Shown: positions 40,451 through 52,998 of the stretch, piece by piece
Numbering within the stretch: the stretch's first letter is position 1
Layout of the letters: each line of letters begins with the position of its first letter
Assembly: GCA_001949185.1 (NCBI GenBank)
Contig: BDGG01000001.1
Location: 4,081,624 to 4,145,623 of the forward strand
DNA length: 64,000 nucleotides
Source: Ramazzottius varieornatus
Taxonomy: Eukaryota > Animalia > Tardigrada
Direction: 5' to 3'
The notes under the pieces: generated by a model
What the model was told of the DNA's origin: nothing
What the model saw: the letters and a program-made list of their open reading frames with translations, nothing else
The model's database searches: none
Made by a program: the position numbers and the translations under genes

Positions 40451-41782
40451 CGCCTATCGCTACAAGGGAGCAAACACATGTTAGTACTGTTATCGAGACA
40501 GAAAGTGAATGGGGGGTAAGGAGACAGGGACTAACCTGGAACCTGCTATGTGCCCGTCACGGCGTCACCAATCCTACCGATCCGGAGTTTCCACTGCAGA
40601 CGCCTCGAGCTTCTCCCAAGCCTCGGCCTCTACGGAGCTTGCTTTCTCATCAATGGTAAACGCTGATATTGTCGTAAAAGAAAGTCAAGAAACATAATTG
40701 AGCAGTGGGCAGAGTAGATCCATATGGAGCGGGGTATGAAATTAAAGAATATACGTAGACGACCAATGAAAGCAAAGAATTCCTAACTTTAACAGTTTTT
40801 ATTGGCCGATTACAGGCGATTTTCATTTCGTTCCCACTCCATACTTCTCAAACTAGCCCCGCCTTACTGATCTACTCTGCCCACTGCTCAATTATAGCTT
40901 TGTCAGCCAAGAAGCTGGATGGTGAGCCAATCAGAGTTAGCGTTTCAATCAACGGCCTCAAGTATGGTATCCCCTCTAGCCCAGGACCCAGGTGGCTGGT
41001 TACTGGTGGTAAAGACCCGGGCCTAGCTCCTGGAGTTTCGGCCGGATACACCCGGGGCTTGTACGTCACTGCGGACAGCTCGGCTTGAAATGTATTTTGT
41101 ATTTTCTTCACAGACGCGTCTCTGTATCGTTCAAGGCTAGGTTGAAGAAATCTTGTCCGTCGTCATGCTCCAGCGAGATAGACGAGTGTTCTTCATATCG
41201 ACGCGTTATCGAGCGGGAGCTTCGGAACATGGAGCGACTTCGAGACAAGATGAAACCAGCCGATATAGACTATAGAGTAAGTGTGGTGAAACATTTGATG
41301 GTTACATGGGTTGTCAATTGTCACTGTCAGCAGTGTTTACAGATTTGGTCCGCTAATCTTCTGCTTCGATGAGCACCTGCGGCTGCCTCAAGAGAACCAT
41401 CATTCGTTTTAGAGTTTCCCCTGTCGACAATTTTGTCTCAAAGATCCGCTAATTTGACGTTACACTGTCGGTAAGTAGCTGCCGGAAAGCCATGTTCAAA
41501 CAGTGACCACATCTGTGGGTCGGCGAGTTCTCGGCGAAGCAGCGGTGTCGACGATCAAGTAAGTGCTTACACTTTTAACTGTCCATATTCGAGATGCAAA
41601 TGAGCACGTTACGAAAGGTGGGGTTTGACAACTTCTTAAAAGCTAAGATCATTGCTAATAAGCCGCTTATTAATCGACCTGATTTTGGATTTGCGGGAAG
41701 TTGCACGTCGAAAGTTTCTCTTAAAATTTTCAATCATTTCACCCAGTTTCTACCGCTTCACCTGGCACTGAATTTTACCACG

Positions 41783-43032
41783 ATGGGTCTGATAAAGTTT
41801 TTTTATGCAGATAAGTTGCTCCTTCTTCTTTCGCTGTGTGTATGCTGGACTTCCGCCGCGACGGAAGAATCGGGAAATTCGACAAGGACCTCACACCGAA
41901 GTTCCGCAGCTTCCACTGCCCAGGAAGACATAATCCCCTCTCCTCGACAACTTAATCTCAGCCCCGGCTTCAACAAGTTGGTAGATTATTCTTTCGTATT
42001 CTTAATGTTTCAAAAATCACAGAAACTCCATTCCATTTCAGCTGTATTCTTTTACACATATTTCAGACGTTATTTGTGTCTTGTTTAGCCTCAGGTTCGC
42101 CAATGACCCGAGCTTTGGACAAAACTCGCAGTTTGGGTTCCAAGGGTGAGTTCATACTTCTTCATGTCACTCCTTGATCTTGTGAAGCTGCCGCATTATG
42201 TTGCACAACACGTTAGCTACAGGTAAAGGGTTAGTAAGGGCGTTTGAATGGTTTGCACCTTGGAGATAGAGCAGCAACCTGATGTCTCACGACTGCTCAT
42301 GGAACACCGCGGCTGTACTGTAATACTTTCTGATATCTCATAGGGCTGGGTTTGGAGGACAGAATGGATTTAGTCCAATTTCCGTACCCTACTCAAGGCC
42401 TGACTGTCTGGGGCATCCACCTGGAATGTATGGATCTCCTACGTACGGCTGTCAGGTACGAACAGGAACTTTCTTTTTTTGATACAAGCCCGAACGTATC
42501 AAATAATTACCAACCAGCCTAAAGTCATTGAAACAGAAAACTCTGAGGTCTTCAATATTTTCATCGATTTTTTTAGGTTTTCTTCATCTGCCAGAGCGAT
42601 GGACGTCTGGACCCAATGCCTTGTCCACAAGGAACTCGTTTTAACAATTATTTGGGTAAGAGCACTTACAGCACCCGAAATACCAGGATCAGTGTTCCTC
42701 ATTCATCTGACCTATGTATTTAGGTGTTTGTGACTGGCCTTCGAAGGTGAGTAGATGAAGAGCTTTTCCTTTCCGATTCGCCGTGTAATGTCGGCTTGGG
42801 TTCGCTGACGTTGTGGTCATAGGTGGATGCGAATTGCAACCCAATCTACAGCGAAAACTACGAGCGTTATGGAGCATTAGCGACGCTCTACGGAAGTGAC
42901 CCGCTGAACTCCCAGTACTTGCAGTTTTCCCAGTTTCAACAACCGGGATACGGTGCACGAAATGTACCGCAGCAACAGTTCCCGAGGTACTCCGGTGGCG
43001 CCCAATCGTTTCGGAGCTCCTTCGGGAAATAA
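41783..43032 (+). CDS. Secreted CBM14 protein with Gln/Gly/Phe/Tyr-rich flanks; paralog 3
   Basis: Signal LLLLLSLCVCWTSA. Domain CLGHPPGMYGSPTYGCQ|VFFICQSDGRLDPMPCPQGTRFNNYL|GVCDWPSK|VDANCNP. Confidence 0.88.
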
Positions 43033-43827
43033 AGGCTGTTTCCGTGGGGCGGTAAACTGTATGCTCAGGTTCGAATTTTATATGTTCCATTTTGCACGTC
43101 TTTTTGTACTTTTCCCCGCCGTATGACTTGAGAGGACGTACAGTACCCTCGTGCGTACACATGTATGTGTCTCTTGGTGGTAAACAGTAAACACCGAATA
43201 TTGCATGTTTACAAATGAAGATGTGGTGTCACTTTTGACACCCTTAGTGGTCAACACGTTGGTGACTTCTGACACATGGGTCAATCAGACTAAACACAAA
43301 TTGTGGTATCACCCAACTTCTCAGCAGGTGGGAACAAATCACAGTGTCCCAAAACACGACACAGGTTACTCAAATAACGATCACTCCACTTATGAATTCC
43401 AGGTGGGTACTCTAGATGTGCGTGGTGACTTCATAGGACGCTAGGGCTGAAAATATAAGCGAAGAGTTCGGAGCTAACACATTTTTAGTCTGTTAACCAA
43501 CCACCATGTGTATCTAACACCGGACTAGGATTTTTAATTAAGTAGTAAGATCAGTTTCCTCAAGCTTCACCCACGTTAATCGGTCCTTTCCGTCCACCTA
43601 CAACCGACCGTCGGTCCCTGCGTCCACGGACACTTTATGCATATGGTGGCCAGCTCTCGGTATCCGTCAGTGAGAGTAATGACTGATATAAAATATCCGT
43701 ATTCCACAATGCGATCGCATCGCTGAATTTTACTCGATTCTCTTCCTGAAGCTTTTTTCGCGAGTTGAATATCTATCATCTTGCTACCGGAAGGTTTCTG
43801 TGTTTGCACCGGCATATCGGTTCTACG

Positions 43828-45009
43828 ATGCGAAGAGCTACATTCGTTTTGATGCTCATTACGGCGGTTTTGATTCCCTTGTCTTTCTGCGGAAAAATGT
43901 CGAGTCGGAGGAGACCCCATCCATCAAGGCGGAAGCCTTCGAGCATGGAAGTCTCCGATTCAAATCTGATACAAGAAAGGTAAGTCGAAAGCGCCCAGTT
44001 TTTGTCGTGTTAAAGGATCTTCTGTAAAAGGCAGTATGGCAAAATTTTTTGCAGTGTTCCATCGTACGAAACGTACGAGTATCTATCCAAGTACTACAGT
44101 TTCTCATGTGCACCGCTGCGGAAAACAGGCTACTACGGCGACCCGCTTTATGACTGCCGGATTTTCCATGTGTGCCATCTCTCCGGTCAAGCGACGTTCT
44201 TCTGTCCCGCTCTCACAAAGTTCAACAATTACCTGCAAATTTGTGACTGGGAGCAGAAGGTAAATTTGACAACAACTCTTTCAAATTTGGCTCAAACCGG
44301 AAAAGCGAGAATCTTATCGGATTAATTCATTTTACAGATAGACAAGAACTGCGAACCATACCCTATGACGGAAGAACCCGAGCACGATCGATTTTTAAAC
44401 TACCACCCAATCGACCATTATCCTCTTTCACCAGTTCCGCTCACTGTGAAGTACGTCCCAGCTCCGCAGTACGTTTCTGTGACAAGCGAGGAGCAACACT
44501 ACCGCAACAAGTACAAGGAAGTCCAAGAATACTACGGACCATTCAAGAACCGAGCACCTAGAAATCCGAAAGCATCTCTGATGTTGCTTCCGCAGCCACT
44601 CTTCAACTACGTCAACGGGAACCCGAGATACAATGGAAAAGAGTTCTACCAGGAAGATGAGAAGAGCAAAGCCAGTCAAGAAGTCACGCCATCCCCAACC
44701 GCCCGAACAGCCACCGAAGAAGACAAGGCTGCCGAAAGCAAGCAATCAAAGTACGGAAACCAGCAAACTGTTATTCAAATTCCCCCTGCCAACAACCTCC
44801 AACTTTTACAGACAAGTTCAAGCGGACACCGCGGGCTTACAGAAGGGAAAAGTGTTGCTGCTGTCGCTGCCGCTGAAAGATGGAAAAGTCGTCCGACAGA
44901 AGTGGATTCTAACTTGATGAAACTAAAGACCGCGGAAGTGGGCTTCGAAGACGGCTCTATCATTGAACTGTGGATCCCGACAAAAGTCAAGAGAATCAGC
45001 ACGCGCTGA
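43828..45009 (+). CDS. Secreted CBM14 protein with a long polar tail; paralog 4
   Basis: Signal MRRATFVLMLITAVLIPLSFC. Domain CAPLRKTGYYGDPLYDCRIFHVCHLSGQATFFCPALTKFNNYLQICDWEQK|IDKNCEP. Confidence 0.88.
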
Positions 45010-45156
45010 GTACCATTTCTCTCGAATAAGTCATTATGAGTATTTTGAGAGAGTAAGTTATTAAGGTGGACATTCGCGTTGGTTTTTGGTACAGTAAAAC
45101 AATAAGTTAACTTAATTATTTATCCATGAGTTAATTATACGTTTAGGATGCGGCTT

Positions 45157-46335
45157 TCAGTAGAGCCTTGTGTTAGGTCGCGATCGGACATAATTGATGA
45201 AGTCCTGAGAGTCGGTGTTCTGGACCGTCAGAGGTCGCTTTTTTCGAGGAATATAGCGTTCTTTGTAAGGATGGCGATCGAAGCGCATGTGAAATCGAGG
45301 ATGTAGTCGGCGGAAGGGCGTATTCTTTAGTGGGGTAAAGTGTGGAGGTAGAATACGGTAGGGTACTTGTTGGTGCTCTGAAGGAATAACCGTCAGCGGG
45401 AACCAGTTAGGTTTGACTTCCTGTCGAGTTCGAATCTCGACCGGAGTGGGAGGAACGATGGAGATATCTAGGGAGAAGCTTTGATTCGGTGGCGTTGTCC
45501 ATGGCTCCGCCACTTCCGGTACTTGCCCAAAGACCGGGATCTCTTTAGTTTCTCTTACTATAGCGGGCTCTTCCGGAACTGCCAAGCTTCCGACTTCCGA
45601 CTTCGTGGTTGCAGTGGGACTCGACTTTCTCAACAGTGGCGAACAGAATTTGTCAACCTGTTGAACATAATTTACGTTATCAACGAATCAAGCGTCCCAA
45701 GCAGTGCCATCATGCGCGAGCCATGTAGGGCCGTGCAGTCTTTGGCAAACATTGGTTTAACAACTTTCGAGCCTTTATACTCAATATCTTGCGGATCAAG
45801 ATGGCCATTTATTCGTACCTTTTCTGGCCAGTCGCATAGTCCATCGACGTTATTGAAGCGAAGTCCCTGCGGGCAGGGCAAAGTGTCTCCGCGACCATCC
45901 TTCTGACATACATGGTAAACCTTGCAACGATAATGTGGATTCCCGAAACTTCCGGCGCCGACGGAGGAGCAGAACTCGTTGACCGATATTATCTCCTCCA
46001 CCTCCGCGGACCGAAGTGCTGCGCTAGTCGGAGGAGAAGAGACTTCTTTCCTTACAGACGGCTGGACTGAATGACTCTGCAGCTTCCTGGAGACAGATTC
46101 AAGCCTGGTAAGTGGCTCGATGAACCTCTTATATGTTTTGGAGACGTGGACCAACGTACCTTTTCACTAGGTTCTCGCCGGCAGCCGTGGGCATCCGATC
46201 GGTGGACCAAGTTCTTCCTCCGCTTGGAGATTTAGAAGCAGGCGATCCAAGCACACTCCATCCAGCGGACATCTGGATCCAGGCTGTGATGGAAAAGACT
46301 ATGAAAAACGTCGATCCAGTTTCAGCACCATGCAT
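45157..46335 (-). CDS. Secreted CBM14 protein with a Pro/Thr/Glu then Arg-rich tail; paralog 5
   Basis: Domain CSSVGAGSFGNPHYRCKVYHVCQKDGRGDTLPCPQGLRFNNVDGLCDWPEK|VDKFCSP, with a hydrophobic N-terminus. Confidence 0.85.
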
Positions 46336-47724
46336 TTCGAAACATCTCCGGATAAGCTGCAACTCGTAACCTGATCGATGCGAACGCTGATGTTGGCTTC
46401 CAGAGCTGCAATAAACTATCGAGGACTAGACGTTTTCCTAGAGTTGCGTGAGAAATCGCTGCTGTCTGCCCTTGGTATTGATGGAGCTACTCCCACTTCC
46501 GGTCAGTGAAAACGCAGGTGAGTTACGCCCGCCTTTGGACCACTGTTCAAGTCCGCAGGTGATCAGACTTTGTCAAGTCTCGTAGAGACTCTAAATACTT
46601 TGAGTTGAGCCTTGAACTTTTGCGTTTTCGAAGAGCTGGTTCGACGGAACTGAAGACGGTCCCTGGAAAATGTATACGACGCGTGACGGACTGCCGGTGA
46701 CTCGAACAGGTCGTCGAACAATACCAGTGTGGTACCAGACGACCATTGTGTCTGAAATCATTCTCTTGTTAAAGCTATACAGCTCTCAAGACAATGTCCT
46801 TGACCAAGGTCTGTGATCCAGATATCCAGCATCACCCATCCATACCGCGCCGATAGGCCGTTGTAAATCCATTCCGTGGTATGTGTTATATGGTACCATC
46901 GTGATACTGCGACAGGTGGCCGTCATTAGAGTGTCTCTGTATCGAAAGAGACTCTTCATTAGCATGCTTGAAATCGATTATATTCACCTACATGATTACT
47001 CAGTTTGCATAAACGTTCGAGAGTATGTAGGTGGGCACTCTGTACCGTCTCGTACGTGGCACTACCTGCCCCACCTCCTAAAGTCAGAAATCTCAGTTAA
47101 TCGCTGATGAAATGGTTTTATGGGCGGAGAATTCAAAAGATGCGAAGCTGAGGGATCGAAAGTGATGAAATGTTTTCGACGAAACTTACTAATTACAAAC
47201 CATCAAGAATGATTAATTTCTTTTGATCTGACGCTTTCCTGCCGTGGGCGACTCTCACGCGGTGCATTAACTTGTCTTGCAAACTTTGTTTATCGGCCTG
47301 CCGATGAAACGTTGTGAAATATCATTATAATATGATGGTGACTAGCTGTCCGTCTTCCGCTTCCGCACAGCGAGCCATTGCTAAACAAGACATATGTGAG
47401 CGAGCATGGTTCGACTAGTTCCACTACATGTCATCGTATGCGAGATAGACTTTGCCCTATTATCCGCGAAGATTAAAATTTACTTCCAACTTCGGACCGC
47501 TGAAGTTTGCAGTAGAAAACTGATGTAAACGATAATTTTAGTGGTCGTCTGAGACAAATCGGATTTTTTTTCTGGACAGCGGTCTTTTGCGTGTGCAACC
47601 TTCGCTTGAAGCGAAGTATCGTTGTTTTATGTTATTAGGATGGCGTCATCCATTTAAATTTTTGCTTTCGATCATAACGATCAACGACCCGGAGCTTCGT
47701 CCCACGATCGGCATTGAACTACAC

Positions 47725-49051
47725 AATGATCCCGCGCACACTGGGCTTCAAATTCCCATTTGCGTCTCTTCTATTTGTTGCGTCGAACTTTCTTCCATTT
47801 GTCTCAAGTACATGGCGATATTATTACCCTATATCATACGCCACCGTAAGCAAATTTTATGCATGAATATTAGTGTTTGATCGTGATCAGTATTGATGGA
47901 AAACTTCTAAACTCGATCCGCTTTCTTGTGTTGCAGGGGGATAGCATGTTCGGGACATCCCACATGCACGGAGGGACTAACTTACCTTTCCGGAAGTGGC
48001 AAATTGGTAAGGATCCAACGACGCCAGCTTGAATGGTCCCTTCCGCTGTGATCTAGTGCAAAAGTACACACTTTGTCTATAGAATGTCTAGATGGAGAAG
48101 CGCTGATCGGGACCCAGGACTGGACAAACGATTACGAAAGAATAGAAGCCATATACTGCAAGTTTATGTTCCCCAATAAACCCCCGTCTATGGGAGTGTA
48201 TCCTTACTATCCATACTGCTACGTGAAAAATTACACCGCTGATCCATTTTGCTTCGATCGAGCAAACCATACGCGGACAGTTGACACGTTCATTACAGGT
48301 AATCGTAGCACCCGCGGGCACCACTCACACTCCGCTACGCTGAGACCTGTACCAGCGAACCTTGAAATCAACTAGTATTATTTCCCGAGTAGGATTATGG
48401 GACGACGATCAGCAGTTCCTGGTTTGGCGAATACCTTTCGACGACACCATGCTGTACAAATGCTGTCGAGTTCCTGGTGGGTACTACATCGACTACGTCT
48501 CCTGTTACTACATGCCGACCCACGACAACTACTGGGAATACTACGACTCCACCCAACAGAACATTGTCCAGTGTGGGACCGGATATGTTATGACCGGCAT
48601 CGCCAAGAAGATCAACCCGACTTCGAGGGTGTACAACCTGGAGTGGTTGCAGTGTTGCCGCCTAGGTTTTGGTCCACCACAGTATGAGACGCCACCTGTA
48701 GTGTACAGCAGCTCCAACAGTCCGACATACCAAGCACGAAGTAACATCCGCCCGACGGAAGTAACGCCGGAGTATAAACCACAGTACCGAGCCATGGCTC
48801 CTGAGAACGACTGTGGTGGCACGAAGCCGGGACTGTCTTCGGACTCTATCAGTGCTTCACTGACGGGGTCGACCGTACCGAATGGCTGCAGTTCAAGGTA
48901 TCGAAGGAAGAGAGCGGCGCGACCGGCGGACGAGGAAGAAGACCACCACAACGATGTTGGGTACCAGTGGTTTCCCAAGTCAGCGTTCCATGATTACTAT
49001 CTAGAGCTGGCTTCCGATGGAAATGTAGCGGCAATACAGTATGATGTGTAA
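47725..49051 (+). CDS. Secreted Cys/Tyr/Trp-rich protein with dermatopontin-like repeats, 4 exons
   Basis: Signal MIPRTLGFKFPFASLLFVASNFLPFVSS. Three C...(V/I)xG...(Y/W)xCC-type units (CLDGEALIG..IYCK; CFD..FITG..YKCC; CGTGYVMTG..LQCC). RRKR site near the C-terminus. Confidence 0.7.
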
Positions 49052-49361
49052 ACTCCGAGAACTGTTCCAGGCTTTCTGCTCGACTTGTGGAAAGTCGGCA
49101 AAGAAGATGTGCGACTTTCGACAACCTACATACACTTAGCATAGATCTTACTACGACTAGCTGGTATGCATTTTCACGCAAGTTGTGTAACATTGTATTG
49201 CCAATCTGCTTCGTATCGTCGATAAATAAACAGGAGCGAAAATGTTCAGGAGACTGACTAGTGCCCAACCGACTCACCGGGCTCACCCTACCGTTCAATA
49301 CTGCAAACCGAAAGCAATTGTAAATAATATTAGAAAATTAAGTTACGCCGCAAGAAGATTT

Positions 49362-50428
49362 TCATCGTTGTTCTGGCTTGCTTTCATCGACAGGGATCTC
49401 TGTCAAGAGAGGTTCTTCGCCTGCAACTGCCTTTCCGTCGATGGTTATGCCATATATCGGACGCGACTTCTCTTTGTTTAAACTTAGAGTTCTTGTCCTT
49501 TTCGAAAACCTTTCGGCGGCTGCATAGGACATTCCGTTTCCGCTCATGTACGGTCCAGCTCCGAAAGCATATTGATACGGTTCGCGCTTCGGGGACTCTA
49601 CGGTGTACCGCACCGGATTGCAGTATTCGTCCACCTAATACACGGAAACTTCAAACTTCATGATTATGATGTTCTAGATTCATCGAATGCATAGATCGAT
49701 ACTTACCGCTGCTGGCCAGTCACAAACTCCTATGAGAAATCAGAAACTTTAATTGTGTTGCCTCGAACCTACTGCATTCGATGAACGGTAAAACGCACCC
49801 AGGTAGTTGTTGAATCGGAGACTGGCCGGACAGTCAAATTTATCGAATCTGCCGTCGGCTTGACAAACATGGAAGACTTTGCAGTAAAGGTCTGGGTTCC
49901 CGAAGGACCCTGGCGGCTTTCCGTAACAGTTCAGGGTTTTGTACTGTACTTTAGGGCGGATAATCGCGTATCTGGGCGGTTCGTCATCGTAGTGTTCCTC
50001 CCTACCGCGAAAACATCTTTTAGACTCTATCTAACCGAAAAAGGAATTTCGAATTTTTCCCAAGCTTGGCTCAAAGATTCAGGGCATCCTTAATTTCTGA
50101 AACTAGTTAACTAAGGTTATCGGACTTACGGTTGAGAAAAATATCCGTGTCTGCTGGCAGCAGCCATGAACGATGAAGTTCTCTTGGCGGATCCTCTTCT
50201 CTTCGGAACGATAACGGGAATCTTGGGCTTTGTTTTAGGAATGTGAAGTTTGTCGGGTTCTGGTAATGCGGAAGTATGGGCCAGCCGGGCAAGTCCTTTG
50301 CTCAGCAAGCTCTTCCTAATACTAGCAATGCGCTTGTTATTCCGCCGCAAATGCGCAGCCCAGGTATTCTGTCCCGTAGTTTCCCATATGTAAAGCAGGA
50401 CGAGCAATAACGGATACCTTACTTCCAT
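49362..50428 (-). CDS. Secreted CBM14 protein with a basic N-terminal region; paralog 6
   Basis: Signal MEVRYPLLLVLLYIWETTG. Domain CYGKPPGSFGNPDLYCKVFHVCQADGRFDKFDCPASLRFNNYL|GVCDWPAA|VDEYCNP. Confidence 0.88.
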
Positions 50429-51136
50429 ATTGAAAAATGATAAAACAAAAAGCTGTATCGGTACATCAGCCAGAATAGGTTTTACCTTGTCAATCTCCGT
50501 TCAGATCGAACAGGAAACATGATGACAGACTAAATGGGAAGATAAGACTACGCTTCGTAGTTTACTTAGTGGCCATATTTACAGCGTACCAGCATGAGAC
50601 TACCAAGCCACGGCACTCAGAAATTGAAATTAATTAGTCGTTCGCTCGGTGGATATGAGCGTCTCGCAAAACTACGACCACGAACGAGCCGGCTCGTATT
50701 GTAATGCGTCTAGCCGCCCTAACTATGAAGTCTTCAGGTCTTTCAGGATGCCACACTTCCGGTTTGTGATGTTCTGATAATGAGCATAGAGCTCTTTGTT
50801 AAGCGTTTGCACGTGACAATGAATTCGACAAAGTACGAGCGGAAGTGAGTGTACAGTGAAAGTTTACTTGATCTGTCAGCGCGTCATGGATCTCTTTACC
50901 CATCCCATAGACAGGGTTTTGACTCAAGTGTTGGACAACCACAATGCAGAACAAAGCCCTCCGTTGTACTTAGTGTTTAGCATCTTAACACGCTCATTCT
51001 CTAAATTAAGTAAAGTTCACACGGTCGAGCAGACAGAGATCCATAGATCGTCGTGTAAATCGTATATCACACAGCCACCGAGACCTCTTCCCGCTGCACG
51101 ACCTCTTGTGTCTTTGGAAACTCGATAATAGGGACC

Positions 51137-52067
51137 TCAAGTGGACAGTGGTCGGTACTTGGCTTCTGCGTAAGGAAGGTACGGTGACTTGTTGTTCGGG
51201 TCGTAAATTTGGTCGTATCCTTCTCGATCAGGCGTCTTGTGAGGCTGAGCTTGCCGTCGAGGTTCTCCGCTGTTCCGCCCTTCCACTCTGCCAAGGTCTA
51301 CTACGTGGATCGTAATCTCTTCTGTGGGCCTTTCAGGTTTGACGTAAACAGGTGGCACAGGAGGTGGTCGCATCGCATAATTTTTGGGTAGTCCATTTTT
51401 CGAGGGAGAATCCGCCGTATCGGCGACCTTGATGATAGGGTCGAAGGGCAGTGGAAGAACCAGAGTCTCACCTTTCGACAGTTCTACGGGGTTGCATCTT
51501 TCGTCTACCATCCTACCACAATCCACTTCCATTACGAGTAATTAGAAGGAACAGGTACAACGGCGCACAGAAAAAAAAGGATGAGTGTACACGTACCAAT
51601 GCCAGTCGCAAAGTAGTAGCTGATTGTTGAATCTCGTAAATTCCGGACAGCGAAATTCATCCAGCCTGCCGTCGTCCTGGCACACAACGTAGTTTCTGCA
51701 TTGAGTACGGGGGTCGCCAAAGTAGCCAGCTGGCTTTCCCGCACAGTCGCCTGTCTCATAGGTCAGATACGATGCATCTCCCGTCAACTCTGAGAAAGAT
51801 TCCATCTGAGGCGCCAGTTCGGATTTCTGCGCTTGCCACACTTCCGTAGTGTTGTCCCCTTGCGGATCACTGTGAAAGTGCACAAAAGACACACAGCAGG
51901 ACTTTTGACGCAGACCGACTTGCTACTTACTTGTGGAAACCTACGCCGCTGGCTGTAGCGATCACTTCCGTTTTGAGCTCTTCAGAGGTGACGTGCTGGA
52001 CTGCGGCATCTGATATGGTACTAAATACTGAAACAAGTACAAGAAGGGACGAAAGAATGATGGTCAT
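51137..52067 (-). CDS. Secreted CBM14 protein with a Pro-rich tail; paralog 7
   Basis: Signal MTIILSSLLVLVSVFSTISDA. Domain CAGKPAGYFGDPRTQCRNYVVCQDDGRLDEFRCPEFTRFNNQLLLCDWHW|MVDERCNP. Confidence 0.88.
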
Positions 52068-52998
52068 CTGTTCTCCAGCGTTCCCGTCATTAAGTCAAGA
52101 ACACTCTTATCTGAAACAGCTTATCCGATCCAGCCGATCCAGCTGGAGTCGTCTTATTACGGAAACAGGACGCAGCAAGTTCAATATTGGATCTCCACCA
52201 GTCAAAGACCTTTAGATCGCAATACAAACTCGTAGTGCTAACAGTTTCACACTGCGCATATGTTGAAGACACTGTAATCCCTGATGGCATTGCCTTCTCG
52301 ACAAAGCGGCTACTTATCAGCGCATATTTGCATTGTCCATCGAATCACTTGCTGTTTCTGCAAGCAGGAAACGGCAAAGTCCAACCCATCGTGGACCGCG
52401 GAAAAAGACGGTCCGCTTGCCGCTCCAGACGCTGTACCTGCACAGTCACGGATTGTCTACCCAGACTGGCTTTGGTCTACCGCATACCAAGAGAGCGGGA
52501 CCACCGTTTGATCGAGACAAGCCTGGATGGTGTAATGCCCCGGAGAACCCGAAGCGTCGTCGCTGGGTGTTACCATGTACATCATGCAGCGTCCAGGGAT
52601 CGTGAGGACAGCGAAAACTCGAGTAGGTCAAGTGGATATTATACAGTATCTCGGGATGACAACTTATACCATCCCGTATCGGGCTCGATCCCCGCCGACT
52701 TTTTACAATTGGCACGGGACTTCACTGTATTCCCCTTTTCTAATGTGGAGTGTCAGAATCTTGAATCTTACTTCTGTTCACCAAACAAGAAACCGGGGCT
52801 ATGTTGCAAGGGGATGGGAACATAACCAGCCGTACGTAATAAGGTTAGTAAGTTAGAAGCTAAAACACGAACAGCGACCCAGGACAACGTTTGAGCATGT
52901 CAGCATGGAGTACGGCATCTGAGCAAAACGCTGACTCGAAAAACATTTCGGAGCTGGAAACCGATAAAGTAGCTTATCTTTGTCTTCCTTCATTAGAG

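Noticed and set aside
52187-52825. 212-aa plus-strand ORF between CBM14 genes
   Set aside because: It has a non-ATG start and no recognisable domain. A CxxH word in another frame is too weak to call a hAT remnant.
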